Source: Candidatus Sungiibacteriota bacterium
GTDB lineage: Bacteria; Patescibacteriota; Minisyncoccia; Sungbacterales; JACQCQ01
Direction of reading: 5' to 3'
Assembly (NCBI GenBank): GCA_016201505.1
Contig: JACQCQ010000009.1
Location: forward strand, 1,991 to 65,990
Length of the DNA: 64,000 nt
This document shows positions 54,967-64,000 of the stretch, one piece after another; the first letter of the stretch is position 1, and each line of letters starts with the position of its first letter. The position numbers and the translations under genes were made by a program. The notes below the pieces were generated by a model. It had not been told where the DNA came from and searched no databases. It saw only the letters and a program-made list of their open reading frames with translations.

Positions 54967-56502
54967 TTAGCGCGCGTATTCTATGACGCGGGTTTCCCGA
55001 ATAACGTTGACTTTGATTTCGCCGGGGTATTTGAGTTCTGACTCAACACGGCCGGCAATTTTTTGGGCGAGGTCGCGTGCCTCAAAATCGCTAACTTTTT
55101 CGGGCGTAACAAAGATACGTATCTCGCGGCCGGCCTGAATGGCGTATGATTTTTCCACGCCCTCAAATGAATTGGCGATGGCCTCAAGATCTTGCAGTCG
55201 TTTTAAATAATTCTCAACCGAGTCTCTGCGCGCCCCGGGGCGTCCGGCGGAAATCACATCAGCTACTTGGACCAGGATCGATTCCAGCGTTTCGTAGGGG
55301 TACTCTTCGTGATGCGATTGCATGGCCTGGATGATGTGCGGATCGGCGTTGAACTTTTGTAAAATGCGCCGCCCGATTTCAACGTGCGTGCCCTGCACTT
55401 CATGGTCGACAGCCTTTCCAATGTCATGAAGCAGGGCGCCTTTCTTGGCGACCACCACATCACCGCCCAATTCTTCGGCTAGCATGCCGGCCACATGCGC
55501 CATCTCAATTGAGTGGACCAGGACGTTTTGGCCGTATGAGGTGCGGAATTTAAGCCTGCCAAGGAGCGAAATGAGCCGCGGGTCGAGGTCAAAGATACCA
55601 ACTTCAAAGGCGGCCGTATCACCCGCGGCTTTAATCTGTTTTTCGATTTCCTGCCGCGCTTTATCCACGGCTTCTTCGATGCGGGCTGGCTGGATGCGGC
55701 CATCACTAATCAGGACTTCGAGCGCATTTTTGGCAATATGGCGGCGCACCGGATCAAAGGCCGAGATAACGATGGCTCCCGGCGTATCGTCAACAATAAT
55801 TTCAACCCCGGCCGCGCGCTCGAGCGCGCGGATGTTGCGACCCTCCCGCCCAATGATCTTGCCCTTAATTTCATCATTCGGAATCTGAACGGTGGTAGTT
55901 GTTACTTCCGAAACAGTCGGAGTCGATACCCGTTGAATAATCGTGGCGAGTATTTGTTTGGCGCGGCGCTCCAATTCATCCAGTCCCGTGGTTTCCAACT
56001 TGCGGATTCGCTGCATCAGGCTCTCACTGTGGTCTTTTTCAATTTTTTTGTTTAATTCTTCAAGCGCCACATCTTGCGAGAGTCCGGCGACGCGTTCCAA
56101 TTCCTTGCCAACTTTAGTTTTTGTTTCCTCAATTTCGGTCTTTATACTTTTTACCTTCTCAACATTTTTTTCGAGATCCTTTTCGCGCTCGTCAATTTCG
56201 AGCATCTTTCGATCGAGTAACGATTCACGGTTTTCGAGTCGGTCCTGGAGACGCTTAATTTCCTGCTCGCGATCTTTTTCTTCTTTTTTGGCTTCTTCTA
56301 AAATTTGAACCGCATTAGCTTTGGCTTCGATGAGTATTTCTTTGGCTTCGGTCTTCGCGTCTTCGATTAATTTTTGTGTGCGCTGTTCGAGTGAATTGAT
56401 GCGCTGCTTTGAAATCAACTGGCGGAGAATGTAGCCGAGACCCGCGCCCACCGCGATTAAAAGCACCGCACCGACGGATAACGTCAGGGTGATTGATTGC
56501 AT
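54967..56502 (-). CDS. rny: Ribonuclease Y
   Basis: N-terminal TM, long coiled coil, KH domain (IGREGRNIRALE), HD domain (LLHDIGK). Confidence 0.9.
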   Translation of the reverse strand: MQSITLTLSVGAVLLIAVGAGLGYILRQLISKQRINSLEQRTQKLIEDAKTEAKEILIEAKANAVQILEEAKKEEKDREQEIKRLQDRLENRESLLDRKMLEIDEREKDLEKNVEKVKSIKTEIEETKTKVGKELERVAGLSQDVALEELNKKIEKDHSESLMQRIRKLETTGLDELERRAKQILATIIQRVSTPTVSEVTTTTVQIPNDEIKGKIIGREGRNIRALERAAGVEIIVDDTPGAIVISAFDPVRRHIAKNALEVLISDGRIQPARIEEAVDKARQEIEKQIKAAGDTAAFEVGIFDLDPRLISLLGRLKFRTSYGQNVLVHSIEMAHVAGMLAEELGGDVVVAKKGALLHDIGKAVDHEVQGTHVEIGRRILQKFNADPHIIQAMQSHHEEYPYETLESILVQVADVISAGRPGARRDSVENYLKRLQDLEAIANSFEGVEKSYAIQAGREIRIFVTPEKVSDFEARDLAQKIAGRVESELKYPGEIKVNVIRETRVIEYAR

Positions 56503-56797
56503 ATAGCATTGCAGGTCTCGACCTCTGCTGAGGTTTGGCGAATCGTTCGGAAAACTTAAGAAGGTCTCTTTCTAAAGAGGCAAAAGGCTGTCTTTAAACT
56601 GTTGCGAAATTTTTTTTCGACGAGACTCTTTCATTGAACGGTTGGCTTGTTTCAGCAGCGGGTTCGAGTGCCCGCTGTTTTAAGTTCCAGATAGTTTAAT
56701 ATGAACGTGGTGCGAGTATACTGCAAACATATACAATCGTCAACGATTTTAGGTTTTAGCTATTCGTTTATGAGCCTAGAATGATAGAATTAAGCTA

Positions 56798-57030
56798 TGA
56801 ATCCCGTTAGAGAATGAATCAGAGACTACATTTCGAACATGAAACTCACGACACATAAAGACATGAGACCAGCAACAGAGTTAGTAGTTAATTCTCTAAC
56901 GGGATGAATCCCGTTAGAGAATGAATCAGAGACTACATTTCGAACATGAAACTCACGACACATAAAGACATGAGACCAGCAACAGAGTTATTAGTTAATT
57001 CTCTAACGGGATGAATCCCGTTAGAAGCCG
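56798..57030 (+). repeat. Tandem direct repeat, 107-bp unit x ~2.2, each unit bounded by the cccgttagaga...tctctaacggg inverted repeat
   Basis: Units start at 56798, 56905 and 57012 and differ at one position. Lies upstream of gpmI. Confidence 0.85.
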
Positions 57031-57239
57031 TGATCGTCGAAAGATCAAAAACAATGTGACGCCGGATAAATTAGATAATTTAATGCAGACTCCGCGTAGG
57101 GTCGCGATCCCGCTACCACAAAGCCTTCATGGATTTGACTACGGGACAAGCCTAACTATGACAGACTTACTATTCACTACGGCTCACCCCGTAGTCACCG
57201 AGCACGCGAGGTGTACTACCGGGGTCTCTCTCTAACGGG

Positions 57240-58844
57240 ATGAAAGCCTATAAACCCGTCGTACTCATCGTCATGGATGGATTCGGCGTTTCCTTGGAAG
57301 AAAAAGGCAATCCCGTCGCGCTCGCCAAAAAACCGACGCTGGATTTATTTGACGCCAATTTTCCCATGACGACACTGCAGGCTTCAGGCGTCGCCGTCGG
57401 GCTGCCCTGGGGCGAGGCGGGAAACTCGGAGGTCGGCCATTTAACCATGGGCACCGGCCGCATCAACTATCATCACCTGCCGCGGATTATCTACTCGATT
57501 CGTGACGGCAGTTTTTTTGAAAATCCGGCCTTTCTGCACGCCGCCGAGCACGTTAAAAAAAATAATTCAAAACTGCATATCATTGGGCTTGTTTCATCCG
57601 GCTCGGTCCACAGCTACATCGATCATCTGTATGCACTGTTAAAATTTGTTGAACTGCAGGGTCTTGCGCAGGCATTTTTGCACGTTATTACCGATGGCAA
57701 AGATTCTCCGCCGCAGGAAGGCGTTAAATTTTTAGCGCAACTTGAAGAAAGAATGATTAAAGAATTTCCGCAGACGAAAATCGCCTCAGTTGTCGGCCGA
57801 TTTTTTGCCATGGACCGCGATGAAAAATGGGATCGGATTGAGAAAGCTTATCAGTTGTGGACCGAAGCCAAAGGCAGTCCGATAACGAATATATCCGAGT
57901 ATGTATCGAGCGAATACCAAAACGGGCGCAGTGACGAATTTGTTGAACCCGGCTATGTCGCGCCAAATAATGCTCCCTTGGCTACGATCCACGACGGCGA
58001 CGCAGCCATTATTTTTAACTTCCGTGAGGATTCAGTCAGAGAAATTTCGCATGCCCTTATTGACCAGGTTTTTGATCGCTTCCCGCGAACGCAGGTCGCC
58101 GATTTATTTTTGGCGACGATGACGATGTATGAAGATTCACTCGCCGCCGAAGCGGCGTTTCCGCCGCTTCAGGTCAGTTATCCGCTCGCCCGCGTCATTT
58201 CGGACGCCGGCCTGCGGCAACTCCATATTGCCGAAACGGAAAAATACGCGCATGTAACCTATTTTTTCAATGGCGGGCGTGAAAAACCGTTTCCCAGCGA
58301 AGAACGCATACTCGTCTCCTCGATTTCGACCGCCCATTTTGATGAAGTACCCGAGATGAAAGCGGCCGATATTACAGCCAAAGTTATTGCCGAGCTCCCG
58401 CGGCATGATTTTGTCTTGGTTAATTTTGCTAACGCCGATGTGGTGGGCCATTCCGGCAATCAAGCAGCGGCCATCAAGGCAGTTGAGTCGGTTGATCGCT
58501 GTATCGGCGAAATTTATGAGGCGGTCGCGCGTGAGGGCGGCGTTTTAGTGGTCACCGGAGACCACGGCAACGTCGAGGCCAAACGCAACCTGCTGACGGG
58601 CGAGCGGCTGACCGAGCACTCATTAAATCCCGTACCGTTCTATTTAGTCGGGGCAGACTTTCGTGTTTCAGTGGCCCGCTCTCGCGATGAAGTGATCAAA
58701 CAGAAGAAAGAAACCGGCGGCATTTTAACCGATGTGGCGCCGACCATCATTGAGCTGATGGGATTAAAAAAGCCGCTTGAGATGACGGGAAGCTCGTTGC
58801 TACCCATGCTGATCTCACAGCACTTTGTTCACCCCGTTAGTTGA
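57240..58844 (+). CDS. gpmI: 2,3-bisphosphoglycerate-independent phosphoglycerate mutase
   Basis: PVVLIVMDGFG N-terminus, SEVGHL, metal-binding His/Asp blocks (VVTGDHGN). Confidence 0.9.
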   Translation: MKAYKPVVLIVMDGFGVSLEEKGNPVALAKKPTLDLFDANFPMTTLQASGVAVGLPWGEAGNSEVGHLTMGTGRINYHHLPRIIYSIRDGSFFENPAFLHAAEHVKKNNSKLHIIGLVSSGSVHSYIDHLYALLKFVELQGLAQAFLHVITDGKDSPPQEGVKFLAQLEERMIKEFPQTKIASVVGRFFAMDRDEKWDRIEKAYQLWTEAKGSPITNISEYVSSEYQNGRSDEFVEPGYVAPNNAPLATIHDGDAAIIFNFREDSVREISHALIDQVFDRFPRTQVADLFLATMTMYEDSLAAEAAFPPLQVSYPLARVISDAGLRQLHIAETEKYAHVTYFFNGGREKPFPSEERILVSSISTAHFDEVPEMKAADITAKVIAELPRHDFVLVNFANADVVGHSGNQAAAIKAVESVDRCIGEIYEAVAREGGVLVVTGDHGNVEAKRNLLTGERLTEHSLNPVPFYLVGADFRVSVARSRDEVIKQKKETGGILTDVAPTIIELMGLKKPLEMTGSSLLPMLISQHFVHPVS

Positions 58845-59043
58845 TTTATAGCAGTGAAACTAATCTTAACAGGGATCTATTCAAGCCTAAGGTCAGATCA
58901 ACTGACGGGGCAAGCCCATTACGCGGATAGGAGGCGATCAAACACGAGCGCACGGTGGGAAAGTTCTTGCTAGATTCCGTATAAGTCGAGCTCCGGTAAC
59001 ACAGAAGAATTCGCCCCCCGCTTTTTACATAATTCTCGCAACC

Positions 59044-59079
59044 AAAAAACTTCTCCGACGAATGTCGGAGAAGTTTTTT
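59044..59079. terminator. Bidirectional terminator (cttctccgac-gaat-gtcggagaag with A- and T-tracts)
   Basis: Between the convergent gpmI and clpP. Confidence 0.6.
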
Positions 59080-59194
59080 GGGTTTTGTTTTCTGTTTTTT
59101 TATCCCCCGCCGCAGAAGACCACAGGCGTCAGCCTATGGCTGAATGCAAAAATAAGTAAGTATTTCCATGTGAGCTTCAATGCGTATGCGCTGG

Positions 59195-59265
59195 GGGATT
59201 CCGCCGATCTCGCATTTCGCCCGAGGGCGAAATGCGAGATACCACGGCCGTAGGGCCGTGGCGGC
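59195..59265. repeat. REP-like double-hairpin element (copy B)
   Basis: ggattccgccgatctcgcatttcgccc-gag-ggcgaaatgcgagat plus ccacggcc-gtag-ggccgtgg, then gcttcat. Same family as 4161-4245. Confidence 0.55.
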
Positions 59266-59266
59266 T

Positions 59267-59971
59267 TCATTTCTCTTTCTCCGTTTTCTTTCCGCTGCGC
59301 TGGATGATTTCATCAATGATGCCGTATTTTAAGGCTTCCTCGGTATTCATCCAGTAGTCCCGCTCGGTATCAGCTTCAACTTTTTTCAAATTCTGTCCGG
59401 TGTGATGCGCCAGAACTTCGTTGGTCTTTTGTTTCATCTTTAAAATCTGGCGCGCGGCGATTTCGATTTCGGTGGCTTGGCCCTCCGCTCCGCCCATCAC
59501 CTGATGAATTAAGATTTGCGAATTGGGCAGTGAAAAACGCTTGCCCTTTTTCCCGGCGGCCAGTAGCAGTGCTGCAGCCGAAGCCGCAGTGCCGACAACG
59601 ATTGTGGCTACATCCGGTTTTACATACTGCATGGTGTCGTAGATCGCCATGGCGGCATAGACCGACCCGCCGGGGGAATTGATGTAAAGTTTGATGTCGT
59701 TTTTGATGTCCTGCGCCTCTAAAAATAAGAGTTGGGCAATCACGGTGTTCGCCACGGCATCATTGATCGGCCCGCCGAGGAATATAATGTTGTCTTTTAG
59801 GAGGCGCGAATAAATATCATAGGCGCGCTCGCCAAACTGCGACTTTTCAATCACGGTCGGGATTAAATATTGTCCGTAGGGTTCTTGGGTCATGAGAATA
59901 GTCTTCGATGTATCAGTATAATCGCAACTTCTTTTTAAATCAAGGAGATTTTCAATCAGGGGCATGACCAT
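59267..59971 (-). CDS. clpP: ATP-dependent Clp protease proteolytic subunit
   Basis: Catalytic-Ser block [32 protein letters not shown]. Likely true start at ATG 59893. Confidence 0.85.
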   Translation of the reverse strand: MVMPLIENLLDLKRSCDYTDTSKTILMTQEPYGQYLIPTVIEKSQFGERAYDIYSRLLKDNIIFLGGPINDAVANTVIAQLLFLEAQDIKNDIKLYINSPGGSVYAAMAIYDTMQYVKPDVATIVVGTAASAAALLLAAGKKGKRFSLPNSQILIHQVMGGAEGQATEIEIAARQILKMKQKTNEVLAHHTGQNLKKVEADTERDYWMNTEEALKYGIIDEIIQRSGKKTEKEK

Positions 59972-60009
59972 AGTCAGTTCATTCTCATATTCTCAAGAAT
60001 ATGAGAATT

Positions 60010-61293
60010 CTATTCGAGCCCTTCTAGATATTGAAACACCAATTCATTCCGGCGAATCCCTCGCGCATAGCTGCGAAGGGCTTGAGGCTCAACTTGCTTT
60101 TTGGCTTCCTCGGGGGACTTAAATCGCGAAAGGATGGCCTGCATTTCTTCATCGACATCTTCCTTGGCCGGATCTAAGTGCTGGGCTTCGGCAATTTTCC
60201 GTAGCACTAAAGCAATTTTTACCCTGCGCTCGGCATCCGGCCGCATGTCTTTTTTCAGCACCTCCTCGGTTTTTTTAAGATGCGAAAGATAATCATCGTA
60301 TTTTAGTCCCATAGACTCGATACTCTCGCGGAGCTCGGCCAGCATTTTCTCCAATTCCTGCGCGACCATGACTTCCGGGATTACGATGCTGACTTCTGTG
60401 GCAATCGAGTCCAAGATGCGAACGCGAATCCGATCCTTTTCTTTTATTTTTTTCTCCTCGCCGATACCCTCATGGACGCTCTGACGCATCTCATCCATCG
60501 AGTTAAATCTACCGATTGTTTTGGCAAAGTCATCATTTAATTCAGGCAGGATCTTTTCCTTGATTTCATTCATGCGGACGGAAAAATCCATCTTTTTGCC
60601 GCGGAGTGCTGCTTGCGCGTGCGACTCCGGAACGAGAAGCGAGAATTTTTTTTCATCCCCGACCTGCATGCCGATCAGCGCCTCTTCAAATCCGGGAACC
60701 ATTGTGCCTTTGCCGATGGTGAGCGGATGATTTTTGGATGGTTCAGAAATTGGCGAGTCGCCATCACTCATCTCAAAATCAATTTCAACGTCGTCGCCTT
60801 CGCGCGCCGGTCGTGAGACGAGTTTTAATTCGCCACGTTCTTCCTGCAGCCAGCGCAAGGCCTCATCAATTTCTTTTTCTTCAACGTTCGGGGCTATTTT
60901 TGTTTTTAAAACTTTCTTTGCGATTGATTCAACATCGGGCAGTGAAAATTCCGGCACGAGGGCGGATTTCAAACTAAATTCGAGCGGATTTCCCGGCGCT
61001 AACTTTTTAACCGAGACCTCGGGGCGCCCAACAAGCTTTAATGTATGCTCGGCAATAATCTGCGGCATCACACCGTTTACGGCAAAGGGCACCGCGCGCT
61101 CCAAAATCGCCGCTTCGCCGTAGCGCTCTTTTAACACCTGGTAGCTGGCTTTCCCCGGGCGAAACCCTTCAATCGGCCGCTCCTTCGATAATTCTTCGGC
61201 GGCGCGCGCGAGATAGGGTTTTAGTTCGTCGGGTGAGAGCTCGACGGCGATTGTTACTGTTGAGTCAGAATTTTTCGTGACCTTGGTTTGCAT
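60010..61293 (-). CDS. tig: Trigger factor
   Basis: MQTKVTKNSDSTVTIAVELSPDEL N-domain, FKBP-like middle domain (PGFEEALIGM). Start at the ATG encoding MQTKVTK (the track ORF extends further upstream). Confidence 0.85.
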   Translation of the reverse strand: MQTKVTKNSDSTVTIAVELSPDELKPYLARAAEELSKERPIEGFRPGKASYQVLKERYGEAAILERAVPFAVNGVMPQIIAEHTLKLVGRPEVSVKKLAPGNPLEFSLKSALVPEFSLPDVESIAKKVLKTKIAPNVEEKEIDEALRWLQEERGELKLVSRPAREGDDVEIDFEMSDGDSPISEPSKNHPLTIGKGTMVPGFEEALIGMQVGDEKKFSLLVPESHAQAALRGKKMDFSVRMNEIKEKILPELNDDFAKTIGRFNSMDEMRQSVHEGIGEEKKIKEKDRIRVRILDSIATEVSIVIPEVMVAQELEKMLAELRESIESMGLKYDDYLSHLKKTEEVLKKDMRPDAERRVKIALVLRKIAEAQHLDPAKEDVDEEMQAILSRFKSPEEAKKQVEPQALRSYARGIRRNELVFQYLEGLE

Positions 61294-61378
61294 ACAAATT
61301 GATCTGCTGGAGTATAACGAAGAATGGAAGAGATAGAAAGGCGCGGCCCCGAAGGGGCCGCGCCGTGCCGCGCGCACG

Positions 61379-61930
61379 TTAGCGGAGATCTAGCCCGGCG
61401 AGCTCGCGCGTCTCATCTCCCCGCAGCTGAAAGATCTGGGAAAACGATTGCTCGCTCTCGCGGCTTCGAGGAGTATCCGGCGGGATGAAGGCGTCGCGGA
61501 TCCATTGAAAGTGACCCTTCAAAATTCCGCGATCTTTTTCACAAGAGGGGTGGTGGATCTCGCCCCGCCAGGCGCGAACAAGCTCGGTGCCGGCGGCAAA
61601 CAAAATTGAGGTGCGTTTTTTCAATGCCTCGGACTCTGGAACGCCGACGATATGATTCCAGAAAAAGTCTCGCGGGACCTCCTGCTCGCCTTCAGCGGCG
61701 TAGCGCTCCATCTCGCGCGCAAGCGCGAGGGCGGCTTGATACTGCACGGCCTTCTCGAATCCTTCGCAGGATTTTCCCGCGCGAGGGAAATAATCCGCGG
61801 TTGCCCGATAGACCGTCCGGAAGAGAAGCACATTTTCATATGACCTCTGCGAGACGACGATGAAGGCGGAGGCGGAAATCGGCCCGAAACCAAAAGAACA
61901 AACGAGGAGCAGGATTAGCCATCGCGTCAT
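61379..61930 (-). CDS. Hypothetical secreted protein (GC-rich islet)
   Basis: SD AAGGAGGT upstream; signal peptide MTRWLILLLVCSFGFGPISASA. Confidence 0.45.
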   Translation of the reverse strand: MTRWLILLLVCSFGFGPISASAFIVVSQRSYENVLLFRTVYRATADYFPRAGKSCEGFEKAVQYQAALALAREMERYAAEGEQEVPRDFFWNHIVGVPESEALKKRTSILFAAGTELVRAWRGEIHHPSCEKDRGILKGHFQWIRDAFIPPDTPRSRESEQSFSQIFQLRGDETRELAGLDLR

Positions 61931-62056
61931 CGCGAACCTCCTTTCTCAACGTGTATCCATTCAATTCGAGAATGAAAAAATCCGCAAGGCTTACAAAATC
62001 TAATGTTTGTGCTACCATCGGCTTGGTTTTTTAAGACACATATCAGGGAGGGAAGC

Positions 62057-63409
62057 ATGCTTCCACGCTATACCCGGCCGCCGTTTGATCAGCTCTGGTC
62101 CGAAGAGGCGAAATTCCGCCGCTGGCTCAATGTAGAGATGGCAATCATAAGTGCCCGGGCGAAGCTCGACGATCTTTCTCCAACGATCGCCGGTCGCATT
62201 AAGAACCATTTTCGGTTCCTGGAAATCAACTCGAATGTCGTTTGGCAAATTGAAGCGATCGAGGTTGAGCTCGTGCATGACATGAACGCCTTCATCGTGG
62301 CCATGCGGGAGACGATGACGGGCGACCTCGAGCCTCACCGCGGTGAATTCCACAAAGGAGTTACCTCCTACGACATTGAAGATCCCGCCTTTATCCTGGC
62401 GTTGCGCCTCGCCGCCGGCTGCATCCTCGACAACGTAAGGGCGCTCCACCAAGCACTGCAAAAAAAGTCCTACGAGCATCGCTCGACACTCATGATCGGC
62501 CGAACGCATGGACAATACGCAGTGCCGGACACTTTCGGCCGATTACTCCGGACATTCGCCGAGGCACTCCGGAAGGACATCCAGGCGATCGAGCGATCGG
62601 TGGCCTACGACCTTTCGGAGGGGAAGATCTCAGGCGCCATCGGAAACTACGGCGACATGGATCCGCAGATAGAAGAGTTAGCACTCGCAGAGCTCGGCCT
62701 GCAGGCGGCGATCTGCGAGACGCAGATTCTGCATCGCGGCAGACATTTCAGCTTCATGGCGGCGCTTGCTAGGGCCGCAGGCACGATCGCCGGAATGGCA
62801 AAAACGTTCTGGCCCATGATGCGGAGCGATGTCGGCGAGTTGGAAGAGCCGCGAAAGTCAAAACAGCGCGGATCGTCCACCATGTCGCAGAAGAAAAATC
62901 CGATCAAGGTCGAGCAGATGGATGATGGAATTCCGCGGTTGTTTGCCGGTTACCTCGCGGCGGCATTCGCCAACATCGGCTCGCGCGAGGGGCGTGATAT
63001 TTCGCAATCCATAGTTGAGCGGCACATCTGGCCTGACGCCACGTCCCTCATCTACTATATGGCCGAAACGATGACGAGGGTCGTCGATGGTCTCGTCGTC
63101 CACGCCGACGATATGTATCAAAGGTTGGAAGTTGAGACGCGAGGCGTTTGGGCGGCCGAGCGAGTTAGGCTCGCGCTCGTTGATGCGGGCGTTGACCCGA
63201 ATCTCGCCTACGACTACACGCAAGCAGTTTCCTTCGAGGCCACGAAGACAAAAAAGCAACTTTACGTTCTGCTTCAAACTCGAGCCTTGAAGAGCGATGA
63301 TCATCGCACTGCTTATGAGATCCTGGGGGAAGAAAAGCTCGTTTGGTGTTTCGACGCGAGAGGCTACGTCGCCAACGGCGTGAAGCACATCTTCGGTAGT
63401 GACGAGTAA
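62057..63409 (+). CDS. purB: Adenylosuccinate lyase-like class-I fumarate-lyase superfamily enzyme (GC-rich islet)
   Basis: SD AGGGAGGGA upstream of ATG 62057. N-terminus MLPRYTRPPFDQLWSEEAKFRRWLNVEMA is PurB-like. Signature GSSTMSQKKNP. Confidence 0.7.
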   Translation: MLPRYTRPPFDQLWSEEAKFRRWLNVEMAIISARAKLDDLSPTIAGRIKNHFRFLEINSNVVWQIEAIEVELVHDMNAFIVAMRETMTGDLEPHRGEFHKGVTSYDIEDPAFILALRLAAGCILDNVRALHQALQKKSYEHRSTLMIGRTHGQYAVPDTFGRLLRTFAEALRKDIQAIERSVAYDLSEGKISGAIGNYGDMDPQIEELALAELGLQAAICETQILHRGRHFSFMAALARAAGTIAGMAKTFWPMMRSDVGELEEPRKSKQRGSSTMSQKKNPIKVEQMDDGIPRLFAGYLAAAFANIGSREGRDISQSIVERHIWPDATSLIYYMAETMTRVVDGLVVHADDMYQRLEVETRGVWAAERVRLALVDAGVDPNLAYDYTQAVSFEATKTKKQLYVLLQTRALKSDDHRTAYEILGEEKLVWCFDARGYVANGVKHIFGSDE

Positions 63410-63414
63410 CATAC

Positions 63415-63464
63415 CCAGCACTTTGTTTGCGACAGCAAACAAAGTGCTGGGCTCTTTCGTTTTT
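63415..63464 (+). terminator. Rho-independent terminator
   Basis: 16-bp stem ccagcactttgtttgc/agcaaacaaagtgctgg followed by gctctttcgttttt. Confidence 0.65.
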
Positions 63465-64000
63465 GAGCAAATTTAAAACTTTTATGAAAACAAAAACACC
63501 TTGGAGAGCGATGCGAGAGGAGATACTTTCAAATGAAAGAACATTCGCACCGCTCTCTAAGGTGTCACTGGATTCTTTTTCGCGACATTCTCACATTCTC
63601 AAGAATGTTGGAATGTCATAAATTGTTTTTATATTCTCTAATTCCTGCCTGCTGGCAGGCAGGCGCGCGAATAAGCGAATGGACAAATCACGCGTGACTT
63701 TTATTCTAATGTTCTTAAGAACTTGAGAATAAAGAATCTTTTTGCTACTTCTCAAAGTCCGCGAATCAAGTCGTGAGCTTAGTTGAAGCACGAGGTGCGT
63801 CTTGCGAACTTCGCAAGACGCACCTCGTTTTCGCGTGCCTCGTCCGAGGCTTCCCGCCGCGAAGCGGTTCGGTTCTCTTTGGCGTAGATTGTGGCAGGGC
63901 TCTACGCTCACCAAAACCGAAAAAGGATTTGCCAGCCCCAGGAAGATATTTTTAGTCTTGGTGATCTCGCCGTCTTCCCCGACGAGGCCAAGTGTTTTCA

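Noticed and set aside
56798-57030. Possible CRISPR array
   Set aside because: The period is 107 bp with identical 'spacers', so this is a plain tandem duplication. No other repeat-spacer architecture and no cas genes apart from a lone Cas2-fold domain were seen.
3300-63410. GC-rich islets as assembly chimeras from a contaminating high-GC genome
   Set aside because: About eight short islets alternate with host genes, share terminators and a REP-like element with the host sequence, and sit at tRNA/repeat boundaries. A chimeric assembly would not usually interleave this finely. This still needs read-level confirmation.

Overview
This 64 kb window reads as a streamlined, AT-leaning bacterial genome of the Patescibacteria/CPR type. 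Its tRNA genes lack encoded CCA, proteins are short, most host genes lack a Shine-Dalgarno, and gyrA carries an intein. Housekeeping genes include valS, tsaD, recG, ftsH, rpsA, gyrA, rplJ/rplL, rpmG, hup, rny-ymdB, gpmI, tig-clpP, uppS, a DsbA-VKOR pair, an ABC transporter and MltG, plus at least 9 tRNAs.

The most unusual features:
- Roughly eight GC-rich islets whose genes all carry strong SD sites. They include an overlapping 3-gene operon at 36.1-38.6 kb and a purB-like lyase.
- A tandem cluster of three T4SS-pilin-like (VirB2/TrbC-type) genes at 33.7-36.0 kb. One is fused to an M15-like peptidoglycan peptidase domain and one contains three pilin modules in a single polypeptide.
- A free-standing LAGLIDADG homing endonuclease gene bounded by perfect 17-bp inverted repeats.
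- A tRNA-Val locus in which an intact tRNA-Val sits between the two halves of a split tRNA(CAU).
- RPE-like palindromic elements inserted in frame in tsaD.
- A (GGAAATG)x4 heptamer tract inside recG.
- A decayed integrated element carrying a CCA-encoding tRNA-like gene, a serine-recombinase stub, pyrD remnants and HicB/HicA.
- Several dispersed repeat families: CCCGTTAGA/TCTAACGGG hairpin pairs, a gene-leader repeat built from CTACAGACTACGG, and a REP-like double hairpin.

Every call rests on reading the sequence and remembering protein motifs; no searches were run.
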